Below the pieces are notes generated by a model. It saw nothing but the letters and a program-made list of their open reading frames with translations, had not been told where the DNA came from and did no database searches. The position numbers were made by a program, and so were the translations under genes. A DNA stretch of 64,000 bases, taken from assembly GCF_006345805.1 (NCBI RefSeq), contig NC_043014.1, positions 24,490,001 to 24,554,000 of the forward strand. The letters are read 5' to 3'. Each line of letters begins with the position of its first letter. The stretch's first letter is position 1. Shown piece after piece: positions 1-14,017 of the stretch. Source of the stretch: Octopus sinensis. Taxonomy: Eukaryota.

Positions 1-745
1 AGGGTCAGAACCATTTTGAAGAACGTTAGCCTGGTAGTTTCTGGTAAGCAAGTTTTGATCTTTCGGTCCTGAACTTGTTATTCACAAGCAAAAACTCAGC
101 TATATCACACAACGTAAAAAATAACATACTAAAAGCGGACTCAGGATAATGAGCAATGTGTTCTTGCACGAACCCTATGAAATAAAGAGACACGCACAAG
201 ACTTTCGGCATCGCATGCTGTTCTCTGGCTACAACCAGTAAAATAGGATCAGAGTGTACAGGGTAGTGATGGTGGGGTGTTAGAAAGAAATTAGAAAATA
301 TCGTAAGGACACTAGTGGAACTCGCCTTAGATACCGGGGGAACATTGGAACAGAATACAGAGGAATTATGATAAGGGAAACAGAGCAGACACTTGGTACG
401 AGACGTATAAACATCAAAGAGTCATGTCTGTCGAGGCCACGCCTAATAGGGAGTTAGCCAGCAAGTTTAGGATGTCAGAAGAACATCACTCAACATTAAC
501 ATCGTTAAGAAACCAAGCAGGTTCAGCAGATCACATTTATGTAAGACGTACCACTTAAACAAGACAACGTGTACTGGTAGGAACTGTGTGGTATGTACCT
601 TTAATCCGAATATCAATTGTAAGACAACATAAAGTGCATGGAAGCGGCTTGTAAGAACCGGAATGCAACATACATTGGAGAGACTCCTTCCCTTCCCCAC
701 AAATATTTACACCGTACCCTCATAAATCTTTACTGGATAACAAAC
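1..745 (+). mobile_element. Penelope-like element fragment (RT thumb + GIY-YIG endonuclease), frameshifted
   Basis: Manual + strand translation gives GLRIMSNVFLHEPYEIKRHAQDFRHRMLFSGYN (~137-236), then CTGRNCVVC..NINCKTT (~570-627) and, after a frameshift, KCMEAACKNRNATYIGET (~632-685). The Cys-rich linker and YIGET motif are typical of PLE proteins. Confidence 0.7.
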
Positions 746-1365
746 GAACTTCTTCAGAACTGAAACTAAACTGATCTTGCACAAAAGGCCGTACCCTTAA
801 AGCGGTCACGAATGGTTAGTGCACACACATCCACAGCCATACAAACATACAAGCAGTCACGCGAGTGTACACACAACCACGCACACGCATACGCACATGC
901 GCGCGCGCACGCACACACACATACACACACTGTTCGTTTACTCTCGCCTTTACTTCCTCTTCTACGCGAATACACATCTTCATATACACATATGAGCATG
1001 CATACACACAGACATAAGACCGATTCTCTGAAACTCAGAGTAGACCTTGGAGCGAGAGGAGAAGTCACATCATTGAGTAGGTTGCGAATGGCGACGAAAG
1101 AATATTGAATAACAAACAACCGACTTATTGTTTAGCCAGCACATTAAACAATCGATAGATTAGTTGGTTATTTAGATATTTAACCATTTGACTAACAATA
1201 AAGAAGCGGTATTGAGCCAGTGCATGCGTTATTATTGACAAGATGACTCTGCCAAGACACAAGATTTGTTTCAACGCATACAGAATCTTGCAACAGATAC
1301 AAAAATGATGTGTGTGTGTGAGAGAGAGAATATGTATGTGTGCGTGCGTGTGTGTGTGTATGTGT

Positions 1366-1398
<33 letters not shown>

Positions 1399-1689
1399 AA
1401 AAGTGTGTGTACATGCTCGCGTGTGTGTGCATGCGCGCGTGTGTGTACGCATGTATCAAAGCAGAAGGTTGGGAAAAGTTTTGGTGTTAACTTATTCACC
1501 ATTACACATAATAGGAGTTACGAAACTTGTAGAAGAAACATGTTAAGTTACCATCTATAAGAAATTCTTCAGACAGAGAATCAAATAATAATATTATAAA
1601 AATATCATTCTTTGTCTGAATGATTTCTAATAGGAGGTATTTTACATACTTTCTACTACATGTGTAACGGTGATTAAATAATACAAAAG

Positions 1690-2015
1690 GGATCTTTTCC
1701 TTTTGAATGGCACTTTGTAACTAAAAACTAGGTAACTAGGTAACTAGGTAACTAAAAAATTTTAAACTTCGTATACTGGTAGAATGTGTTTATAAAACAT
1801 CATTTTCTCTTGGCTTTATTGAGAAAATTCTATAGGTTCTAACATATTTCGTCTAAAATTTCTTGCATTTCGGCAATTTTAACCAATCAATTACCTCCAT
1901 TGACGTAAATAACATTCTGTGCATAATGAATATGTCCCTCGTTTAAGAAACAGATTGGGTTTATTTACATTTGTGAAGGAAAAAGATACCCTTCCCCCAC
2001 TCCTAACCCTAACCC
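1690..2015 (+). mobile_element. MITE family 1 copy (GGATCTTTTC.. terminus, internal CCCTAA motifs), right end lost
   Basis: Colinear with the complete copy at 17875-18298; ends in CCCTAACCCTAACCCT followed by (TA)n. Confidence 0.7.
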
Positions 2016-2055
2016 TATATATATATATATAATATATATATATATATGCATGTGT

Positions 2056-2407
2056 GGATCTTTTCCCTTTCAACGGCAGATCGAGAAATTAATTTTTTGT
2101 AACTAAACACTTTCAAACTTCGGACACTTGTAGAATGTGTCATATAAAACATCTTTTACTCTTAGTGTTGTTGAGAAAAGTTTCTATTTACGAAGTTATT
2201 TCGTGTTAAAGTTGTTGTATTTCGTTAATTTCAACTAATCAATGACGTGCATTCAGCTGAATAAAATTACTACTGTTGTTTCTCAACAACACTAAGAGTA
2301 ATAGTAAAAGATGTTTTATATGACACATTCTACCAGTGTCCGAAGTTTGAAAGTGTTTAGTTACAAAAAATTAATTTCTCGATCTGCCGTTGAAAGGGAA
2401 AAGATCC
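2056..2407. mobile_element. MITE family 1 derivative with perfect 27-bp TIRs
   Basis: GGATCTTTTCCCTTTCAACGGCAGATC at 2056 and its exact reverse complement ending at 2407; non-coding interior. Confidence 0.8.
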
Positions 2408-2419
2408 AGCATGTATTTA

Positions 2420-2870
2420 TGTGTCATTGTCCGTGTTTGTTCCCCCACCAACGCTTGACAACTGATGTTGGTGTGATTACGTTCCCGAAACTTAGCGGTT
2501 CGGCCAGAGAGACCGATAGAATAATTACCAGGCTTACAAAGAATAAGTCCTGGGGTCGATTTGTTCGACAAAAAGGCGATGTTCCAGCATGGTCGCTGTC
2601 GAACGACTGAAACAAAAGAATAAAAGGATAAAAGGATATATATTTATGTCTTTGTGTCTGTGTTTGTCTCTCCACCATCGCTTGGCAATTGATGTTGGTG
2701 TGTCTAAGTCTTCATAACTTGGTTCGGCATGAGATCCGAAAGAATAAGTACTAGGCTTACAAAGAATAAGTCCTGGGATCAATTTTTCGTCAATTAAAAA
2801 AAACACCTTTATGGCAATGCACCAACATGGCCGCAGTCAAATGACTGAAACAAGTAAAAGAATAAAAGAA
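2420..2870 (+). mobile_element. Two tandem 3' halves of the abundant tRNA-derived SINE family 1
   Basis: Both match the body and tail of the full-length copies at 13178-13660, 38870-39294 and 50454-50838 (..GATAGAATAAGTACTAGGCTTACAAAGAATAAGTCC..CCAGCATGG..GACTGAAACAA..). Confidence 0.75.
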
Positions 2871-3710
2871 TCGGTGGTAAGGAATAAAGAGTGTTCGTTT
2901 ATTGAAACGATAATAAGCATCAATTTGAATTTATCTGTTTCATTTTAATTTTATGTATTTGCGTTAAATTCCTTCTCACGTTAAATTCTCTTCTTGAGAA
3001 TCAATATATGAAGGTGAAACAATAGTCCTTATCCAACATTACCTGAAGAACTGCGTCATGGCAGAAGTAATTAATGTAGTATAAAGACCGAATAGCCATC
3101 TATTGTATAAATTTCTAACGCCAGTGTATGCAGTGGTGCAGTGTGTGTGTGTGTGTGTGTACATACATATACACACTAACATACAAATATGTATATACTA
3201 ACTTGTTAGCCCGTCGTTATCGGGCAATTTTTACATTAGAATGTCTTACATAAATCTTTATTTATTCCATGTCAGATAGGCCTCTTGATCAGGACTTCCT
3301 TTTTAAATTATTTAAATGTCTATTCGACCGTTTTATATGACTTTATTCATTAAAACTTATTAAAACTTCAGAAATTCTTACAACTTTGGTCGTGGTAATG
3401 CTTTGCTTTCGTTTGATTAATAAAGATACCTCCTCGCAATGATTTTGGCTTGATTTTGTGATAGCCAGCTATCATGCAGAAAATGCCAGCTTCCAAATCC
3501 TGTTTTTTGATTAGGTAAAATTGATTAGAATTGAAATCTAAGTAACATTTTTCTGCAATTTTTCTGGAACAAATAAATAACAAAATCGGATTTAACGTGG
3601 AAAATTATTTCAATATACTAAATTTGAAAATTTTGACGTAATTTTAAAATTTCATATGTGTCAGCATATGAAGGCCCCACAAAAGTAGACAGACAGACAG
3701 TTAGAGGATG

Positions 3711-3746
<36 letters not shown>

Positions 3747-4859
3747 AAACACACACACATTTACAAACGTACACACAAATAATCACGAGTTTAAAATGGT
3801 ATATAGTAGACACATGTATGCACATACGTACGTATTTATGTATAATGTATGTATGTATATATGTATGTATGTATATATGTATGTATGCGTGTGTCTGTCT
3901 GTGAGTGTTTCTTTGCAATGGACAGCAGAAAAGCCACCTATCCCCTCTCTTCTTAAACTTACGTATTCCTCAAACCCACCTCTCCCCCCTTTCTCGGCGT
4001 TTTAAAAGTTAGTTATGTGTATGTGCATGTGTGTGTGTATCTATGCATATATTTGTGTATTTACGAAAGTATGTATGCAGTGTCACGTGTATATCCGAGA
4101 ATGACAGCTGTATCAACGTTATCATCCCATTTCTACTCCATATTTGTCGCTTACACAACGCTGTTCTTCCCTTCCCTGATATCACCCACACACACTATGC
4201 TACCCTCACACTAACACTCTTTGCACCCTTCTCATTTTATCAAACCTCCTAACCTCCTATTATAGATTCTTGTTGAAATCCAATTAGCTTATAATTGAAT
4301 TGGATGTTAGTTTAACATGTATGCAAAGTTCCGTCAATATTGGCTCACTGGTGTGGGCAGCAAAATGGTAACAGACAGATCGAAAGACAGAAATTGCCAT
4401 TTATGTATAAGATACATATATAGAGAAAAAAAACAAAAGTGAGTGCCTGAGCGCGTGCGTGCGTGTCTGTATCTGCGTGTCCTAATTCTCTGTAATTTCT
4501 AATCGATATCTTAATCTTGTGCCGTCTACGCTCTGAAAATTTACTCCAGCTGCAGAAGGCGAAAGCAATTGGGGTAAAAAGACAATAGTACAGACTTTTG
4601 TTTACATTCACTGAAAACATGAAGGAGCAGCTGCTGAACTTTGATGTACCACTGCTGTTAGTAATGACGTTAACGTTGCTGATATACCTAGTTGAGTTGC
4701 TGCTGCTGCTACTGCTGTTGTTTTTGTTTAACTCCGAATCAGATCAGCCATGACCATATCGTCTAAGATTTCATTATGTGATGCGTCCTGTTGCTAGCTG
4801 TTTCCAAAGAATGAGGCACAGAAATCAACGTTTATAAATTTCATTACATATTTATTGAA

Positions 4860-5621
4860 ATAGGAGAGAGTGGGTTTGAATATAAGAAAGAAAGGAAACG
4901 AAGAAGTAAGAACTAAAGAAGTAAAAGAAAACAGAAACTGTTAAAACAACACCGTTAGAGAGAGTGGAGAGAAAAGCATTTCAAAATAATATGAAAGTGA
5001 ATAAAGGAGAAACGAATGAAGAATAGGTGAGAAAGGTTGGTAGGTAAGAGAGAAGTAAAGGAGGGAGAACACGAAATCGAAAGAGTGAAGGACAGAGATG
5101 ACGCATGAAAAATATGGAAAAGAGAGAAGCATGGTAAGAGTGAGAGAGAAGAGAGAAAATGTCGTGTGTGTGCGTGTGTGTGCGCGCGTGTGTGTGTAAG
5201 AGAAAGATAGAGAGAACGTGATAAAGAAAGAGGAGAAAATATAAGATAAGAGCGGAAGATGACTCGAGAAGTCTGACATATAAGAAAGAGAGAAAGAATA
5301 AACGAAGGAGAAAATATTAAGGAGGGGAATAGTACATGAAGCGCACAGCAAAATGAGAAAGACAGAAAAGAGGAAAATGTAAAATGAAAATGGAGGTGAA
5401 GGAAAGAGAATATCAAAAATAAAATGAGAAAAAACAGGAAAGAGAAAAATAATAAACAAAGATGAGGAAGAAATCGAAGTGGAAAATACGAGAAAGTGAC
5501 AGATAGAAAAAGCGAAGGATAGACGAAAGAGAAAGTGGAAAAAGAAGAAGAATACGAAGAAGAAGAAGAAGAAGAAGAAGAAGAAGAAGAAGAAGAAGAA
5601 GAGAAGAAGAAGAAGAAGAAG

Positions 5622-5659
<38 letters not shown>

Positions 5660-5958
5660 ATTAGAAACATATCTATAAAGAAAAGAGGGAAAAGAAGGAA
5701 AGCAAAAAAGAAACAATGAAAGAAGAGTGAAAAGAGATGGTGAATGAGAAAGTAGACGATAAAAACGGGAAAAAACTGAATGAGTAATTGAGGTGGAGTG
5801 ATTAACAAATTTTCAATAAAAAAAAAGTACGCAAAAGAACTAGAATGCTTTACAGAAGGATAATCTAACAGAATGACCGAATAAAAGATAACTAGAACGA
5901 GAATGGAAGGACGACAGATAGACAGACAGACAGACAGGTAGATAGACAGACAGACAGG

Positions 5959-6045
<87 letters not shown>

Positions 6046-7181
6046 GGATGGAGGTAGATATATAGGAGAGAAGGGCAGGTTGACAAAACTGCGAGAACAA
6101 AAGAGTGACGGTTGAGATTAAAGGAAAGCCAGTGAGAGAATGCGAGAGAGGGGAAACAGAGAGAGAAGGAGATGCAGAGTCTGGAAAATGGATTGAAACA
6201 TAGAAAGAGAGAGAGAGAGAAATTAAATAAAAAGAAATCTAAAAGAAGCAAATAAAACTGGAGTGCATGTAAATGCGTGTATGTGAACGCACGCGTGCGT
6301 CTGCTTGAGATGGATAGAGACAAGTGCTGCATTCCAACAATTAATTATTATCCTAACAGTGGTGGAGGATGAGGGGGAGGAGGAGGTAGTGGTGATGGTT
6401 GTGGTGGTCGTGGTCGTGGTGATGGCGGCGGCGGCAATATCAGGACAGGAGGAGCTACTGCTAATAATGTTGCTGCTTCTGTTGCTACCGATATTACTGC
6501 TTGTTGCTGCCGCTTGCTGCTGTAATTATTACTGTTGCTGCAGTTGCTACTGCTACGCTATTATCTGTTGGAGGTAGGCTGGTCGATGATTGCCAGCGAG
6601 GCTAGAAATTGTTGTGCTGCTATTGCAAATGGTATTAGTAATGTAACAGGTGGCAATAATCTAGTGCTTGTGAGCGTGGTGCTAGGATGTAAAAAGCAGA
6701 GTTGTAATGTCACTGATGACATTGAAAGTACTACAGTTGGTGGTAGCAACGTCGCTGATGACTGGGTGATGCTTGTAGTACTAGTTCTGATAGTAGTAGT
6801 AGTAGTAGTAGTAGTAGTGTAGTGGTGCTCGTGCTATAGGCGGTGATGGTGAAGGTTGTGGGGGTGCTGATGATGTCAGAGCTGGTGGTGGTACGGTACT
6901 GATGATGGTACTGGAAGCCTAATGGTTGTAGAGAGGCTACTTGAGGTATTTATAATAAGGGTAGTGTTGTTGTTAGTGGTTGTGTTAGTGGTTGTGGTGG
7001 TGGTGGTGGTGGTGGTGGTATTGGTAGTGCGGGCGGTGGAAGCAGTAGTGTTATAGAAACTGGAGCTCATAGGGGTAGTAACGCCGAAGTCGGTAGTGGT
7101 AGTAGTTAACTCTAGTTGTGGTACTACTGGGAATAGCAGTGGTGGAAGGGAGTGTTGATAGTAACGATGTCACTGATCAGT

Positions 7182-7222
<41 letters not shown>

Positions 7223-7340
7223 GATGATGGTGGTGGTGGTGGTGGTGGTGGTGGTGGCGGCGGCGGCGGTGGCGGTGGTAACAGCGACGGCGGTACGGCA
7301 GCGGCTGCAATAGCGGCGGCAGCGGCGGCGAGGAATGGTG
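4860..7340. repeat. Low-complexity and microsatellite mosaic: purine-rich tract, (GAA)n(CAA)n, (GATA)n, (GGT)n, (GAT)n, (GGC)n
   Basis: Directly visible; the ORFs here are homopolymeric translations with stops in all frames. Confidence 0.9.
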
Positions 7341-7489
7341 GAAGAGTTGTTCATAATGGTGGAAGAGTGCATGACGGTTGTCTGGAGACACTTTAGTTGA
7401 AACTAGAAATGCTAGACCTATCAGAGATGCATGTCCATGTCCATGTGCGTGAGTGCATTAATGTGGACATGTATCTTATATCTTCTTTC

Positions 7490-7690
7490 TTTTGTTTCAG
7501 TCATTAGACTGCGGTCATGTTGGAACACCGCCTTGAAGAATTTTGTTCAAATGAATCGACCTCAGAACTTATTTTAAAAGCCAGGTACTTTATACTATTG
7601 GTCTCTTTTGTCAAACCGCTAGATCACAGGTACGTAAACTCGCCGACATAGGTTGTCAAGCACACACACACACATACGACAGGCTTCTTT
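7490..7690 (-). mobile_element. SINE family 1, 3' part
   Basis: TTGTTTCAGTCATTAGACTGCGGTCATGTTGGAACACCGCC.. matches the family tail in reverse. Confidence 0.7.
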
Positions 7691-7780
7691 CAGTTTCTGT
7701 CGTGTATATGTATACATACATACATATATATATATATTCATACATACATACATACATACATACATACATACATACATACA

Positions 7781-7812
<32 letters not shown>

Positions 7813-8446
7813 CTTATATATAATCTATAATAAAATGATATATATACATAATATACATATATATATATATATATATATAAAAGAGAGTTTGCATGCGTGT
7901 GTGTGTGTGTGTGTGTGTGTATTCCTTATGCCTTCCAAAACCGAGTTGCCGATTTTCACGTATGGGGTATCAAAAGATTCGGTAGGCTTTTGGCTACCAA
8001 CTAAACTAAATTTTCATTCACATATTTGTATTACAAATATTTAACATTGTCATTTTCTTTTAGTCACCTATCGTAAACGACATTTTATATCACCACCACA
8101 ACGACGATGACGTCACATTTTCTATATGAGTGTGTTCGTACATTCGTTACCTATGTTAGGCCAGTGGCAGACAAGTGTTTGTGTGTGACAGTGTATGTGT
8201 TTGTTAGTATACATGCATTTTTGTGATGACTGACACACAAGGGGACAGAGATAGGTGTGCGTTAATGTATGTGTGTGTGTACCTTAGTTTATGTATGTAA
8301 CTTTTTCCCGCCCAGCAGTGAAACGCTCCGATACTGAAAGTTTAGATGCGGCCTGGACTTTAAAGGAGCAACAACGTTCACTTTGAAGTACTACCAACAT
8401 GAAGATTTGGCTGATTTAACACCACTCACAATACCAACAAATATAC

Positions 8447-8690
8447 TTTTTACTCTTTTACTTGTTTCAGTCATTTGACTGTGGCCATGCTGGAGCACCG
8501 CCTTTAGTCGAGCAAATCGACCCCGGGACTTATTCTTTGTAATCCTAGTACTTATTCTATCGGTCTCTTTTGCCGAACCGCTAGTTACAGGGACGTAAAC
8601 ACACCAGCATCGGTTGTCAAGCTATGCTAGGGGGACAAACACAGACACACAAACATACACTCACTCATATATATACATATATACGACGGG
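8447..8690 (-). mobile_element. SINE family 1, 3' part
   Basis: Close match to 38870-39294 (TACTCTTTTACTTGTTTCAGTCATTTGACTG..GGGACAAACACAGACAC). Confidence 0.8.
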
Positions 8691-9232
8691 ATTCTTAACT
8701 TATCCTGGTTCATAATTTGTGTTGGAGCCCCAAACAGCGCTAACTTTCGCTTTTGTTAATTATGTTGCCTGGAATTGCTCACAATATTACACCAAACTGA
8801 GACCTCTTTATTTCATTGATTCACTGACACAATCTTCTCTTGCAGGCACAAATTCTATGGCACCTTTGCTCATTATGTAAAGTCATCATAGTTTCTCCTC
8901 ATCTTAGCTAAAATCCTTTTCCTCATCATATTTTTCTTCTCTCCTACTACTCCCTTTGCGCTTAAATTTCACACGCTTCTATGTCTGTTAAAAGCTCCTA
9001 GAGCCGCAAGAAAGCACATTTTCATATACTAATAGGGGAGTTAACTGCCCCACAGAAAATCTAGATCACTATGCTAAACTAATTTTGCCTGAAAATTACA
9101 AGCTCATCAGTAGTAACTACTCCATTGCTGGATGGTTTGGCTAAATCCTGACTGTCAGTAAATATATTTACCATATGAATTTATGGCTGGTTCAGCAAAA
9201 TTCGAATGTAGAAATTATAAAATAATGAAGGC

Positions 9233-9263
<31 letters not shown>

Positions 9264-9300
9264 TGTATGTATGTATGTATGTATGTATGTATGTATATAT

Positions 9301-9373
<73 letters not shown>

Positions 9374-9502
9374 TTCCGGAAAATTTAGATTCAGATGAAT
9401 ATGGTACTTGAGTTAAAGGCACCAGAATTTAGTATGGTATTATCCATATAAATTAAATGGGATGATTATAATCAAAATAAGCAACAAGGATATCTAAGGT
9501 AG

Positions 9503-9578
9503 TGTAGTACAATTGTTTCATGCTACTTCATTTTATTAAACACTGTAAGTATTTCATGTTGAGCAATCTTCAGTCACA
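9503..9578 (-). ncRNA. Degenerate minimal type-I hammerhead ribozyme motif
   Basis: TGTGA-CTGAAGA-TTGCT..AGCAT-GAAAC-AATT-GTA-CTACA. Palindromic stem III ACAATTGT; mismatches at the base of stems I and II. Confidence 0.5.
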
Positions 9579-9651
9579 TATAGAATTTTTTAATTAACCG
9601 GACAATGCACATTCTTATACTGCATTGTCAGTTTAATTTAAAAATTCTATA

Positions 9652-9739
9652 TGTGGCTGAAGATTGGTCAACATTTTAAAACTGATGTAATACTTACAGT
9701 GTTTAATAAAATGAAGTAGCATGAAACAATTGTACTACA
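9652..9739 (+). ncRNA. Minimal type-I hammerhead ribozyme motif
   Basis: TGTGG-CTGAAGA-TTG..CAT-GAAAC-AATT-GTA-CTACA. Stem I 5 bp (one G.U), palindromic stem III, GUA cleavage triplet, weak stem II. Confidence 0.55.
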
Positions 9740-9769
9740 CTACCTTGGATATCCTTGTTGCTTATTTTG

Positions 9770-9804
<35 letters not shown>

Positions 9805-9808
<4 letters not shown>

Positions 9809-10516
9809 GATCAAAATAAAATAAAAACATGATGCGAAGGATTCAGCGGTACATATGTTTCGGGCCTTTATTAGACAGATTTATAACAATGCATAATGTA
9901 TGTCTGTGGCCTTCTTCAGCCGCGCACAACAGCTTCCACAAGGACATGTGTTACATCAAAAATTCTTGGTTGGGGATGCAAATCCTCTCATTCACGTACG
10001 ACATAATGCGGCAGCAGCATAGAGTTGAAGCGTCCATCTCCTTCTTCTCTCAATGTAGAATGAGGAAAATTGGATGTTGAGGTAATGTAAATAAATAAAT
10101 ACATATATAGAGGTGAAGATGGAGGGGCGAGAGTTCGGGACGAGGGATAAAAAATGTATAAAAAGTGTAAGTATAGAATAATATAAAAATGTAGAGGATA
10201 AAGGGTTGTAAGTAGATGTAAAGGGGGTATAAAGAAATATAAATAAAAGTAAAAAAACCTGATAAAACATGATAAAAGTGTAAAAGAATGTAAAGATAAG
10301 GGATGTATAGAGGTTATGGACCAAGCATGGTGGTCAGGAGATTGATAAAATTTAGTTGTAGAATTGTCAGTACATCAACAGTTTCGTCTGGGGACTTAAT
10401 GCGTTGTAAATCAGAGCTGATGAGCATTTAATCTGGTTCCTTGAATTAAATGGACTTCTAGTACATACATATCATCATGGATTTCGCATCATGTTTTTAT
10501 TTTATTTTGATCAATT
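9805..10516. mobile_element. PLE-derived 712-bp element bounded by perfect 34-bp inverted tails
   Basis: AATTGATCAAAATAAAATAAAAACATGATGCGAA (9805-9838) is the exact reverse complement of 10483-10516. There is a hammerhead near the left end and a decayed CTGATGA-stem motif at 10417-10452; (TA)n lies directly left and ~70 bp to the right. Confidence 0.65.
9846..9923 (-). ncRNA. Minimal type-I hammerhead ribozyme motif (PLE type)
   Basis: GCGG-CTGAAGA-AGGCC..GGCCC-GAAAC-ATAT-GTA-CCGC. Intact core, 4-bp stem I, GGCC/GGCC stem II with an A.C at its base, palindromic stem III ACATATGT, GUA triplet. Confidence 0.7.
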
Positions 10517-10582
10517 TACTCCACCACCTACACCACCAAACGGTATACACAGGTGCTTATAATTATCAAGTACTCACCCCGA

Positions 10583-10687
<105 letters not shown>

Positions 10688-10789
10688 GTATGTATGTATG
10701 TATGTATGTATGTATGTATGTATGTATATATACATAATACATACATATATACGCGTGAGTCGTCTAAGAGTCCATAAGTCAGGGAAAAG

Positions 10790-12930
<2,141 letters not shown>

Positions 12931-13177
12931 ATGGAGGTTGGTCCGCAATTCTGTACTTCTACTGCTTTACTCTTTAATCTATCTGGGACATTGCACCAGT
13001 ATTCTTTTTTATTGTCAGTGGCTATGGCTTCTACCATATTGTGGGGTTTCATTTCTTTGACCTCGGGATTATCCTTCCGACGGATTTCAACGTATGTATG
13101 TATGTATGTATGTATGTATGTATGTATGTATGTATGTATGTATGTATGTATGTATGTATGTATGTATGCATGTATGT

Positions 13178-13660
13178 AGGCTCAGACTTGGCTGTATGTT
13201 AAGAAGTTTGCTTCCTAATCACATGGTTCCAGGCTCAGCTCCTCTCCACTGCATGGTACTATGGGCAAGTGTCATCTACTACATAACCTTGGGCCAATCA
13301 AAGCCTTGTGAGTTGATTAAGTATACAGAAACCGAAAGACCGTCGCATTTGTGTCTGTATGTGTTTGTGTGTGCATGTGTGTGTGTGTCTGTATGTGTAT
13401 GTGATTGTGTGTGTGTGTGTTTGTGTGTGTATGTGCATGGGTGTATGTGTGTGTATGTGTGCGTGTGTGTGTGTGCGCGCATGTGCGTGTCTCCGACCAT
13501 TGTTTGACAACCTGCGTTGGTGTGTTTACTTAGCGTCTTGGCAAAATGACCGATAGAATAGGAGCAGACTTAAAAATGAAATTAAGTTCTGGTGTCGATT
13601 CGTTCGACTAAAATTTCATCAAGGTAATGTCCCAGCTTGACTGCAACAGGTAAAAGATAA
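13178..13660 (+). mobile_element. Full-length, diverged SINE family 1 with internal (TG)n
   Basis: tRNA-like head (..GGCTGTATGTTAAGAAGTTTGCTTCCTAATCACATGGTTCCAGGCTCAG..), microsatellite middle and family tail. Confidence 0.75.
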
Positions 13661-13674
13661 AAGACACACACACG

Positions 13675-13718
<44 letters not shown>

Positions 13719-13812
13719 ATCCAAACATGAACAAAGAGAAAACACAACAACGCGAGGACGTAGAACAAGTATAGTGTTATTGGACGCGCTAGAAAGGAAA
13801 GAAAGAAGGAGG

Positions 13813-13847
13813 ATTTAACGTTTCAAGCGGAGCTCTTCGTCAGAAAT
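13813..13847 (-). ncRNA. Ultra-minimal hammerhead motif with an extra A after the core
   Basis: ATTT-CTGACGA-A-GAGC-TCC-GCTT-GAAAC-GTT-AAAT. Stem III is only the palindrome AACGTT; the ~100-bp tail ends in (TA)n at ~13716. Confidence 0.55.
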
Positions 13848-13943
13848 ATATTAATAAAATGGAAAAGTCCAAGGAAGGGAAAACGGAGAAAGAAAATCGT
13901 CAACGATACACACGCGGTCACATATTGAAATATGTATATATGG

Positions 13944-13991
<48 letters not shown>

Positions 13992-14017
13992 TGTGTGTGT
14001 GTGTACGTGCGTGTGTG

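Larger units (their letters stand above)
9467..9775. repeat. 309-bp foldback element made of two inverted hammerhead-bearing arms
   Basis: Arms 9467-9609 and 9621-9775 are reverse complements apart from a few substitutions and a short indel; loop 9610-9620; abuts (TA)n on the right. Confidence 0.9.

Noticed and set aside
766-1546. Multiple 60-125-aa ORFs and a possible minus-strand exon (DSVCVETNLVSWQSHL..)
   Set aside because: Mostly (CA)/(TG) translations. The unique part has stops in all frames, no recognisable domain and no partner exon.
3170-3230. TACTAAC..GCCCGTCGTTATCGGGC, resembling a Helentron/HINE end
   Set aside because: No matching second end or second copy in the window.
4690-4800. 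Possible terminal exon on the minus strand (QDASHNEILDDMVMADLIRS*)
   Set aside because: Weak acceptor, no recognisable homology and no upstream exon to join.
6305-7400. Thr/His/Ser-rich ORFs resembling a mucin-like exon
   Set aside because: Trinucleotide-repeat mosaic with several in-frame stops in the best frame and no convincing splice pair.
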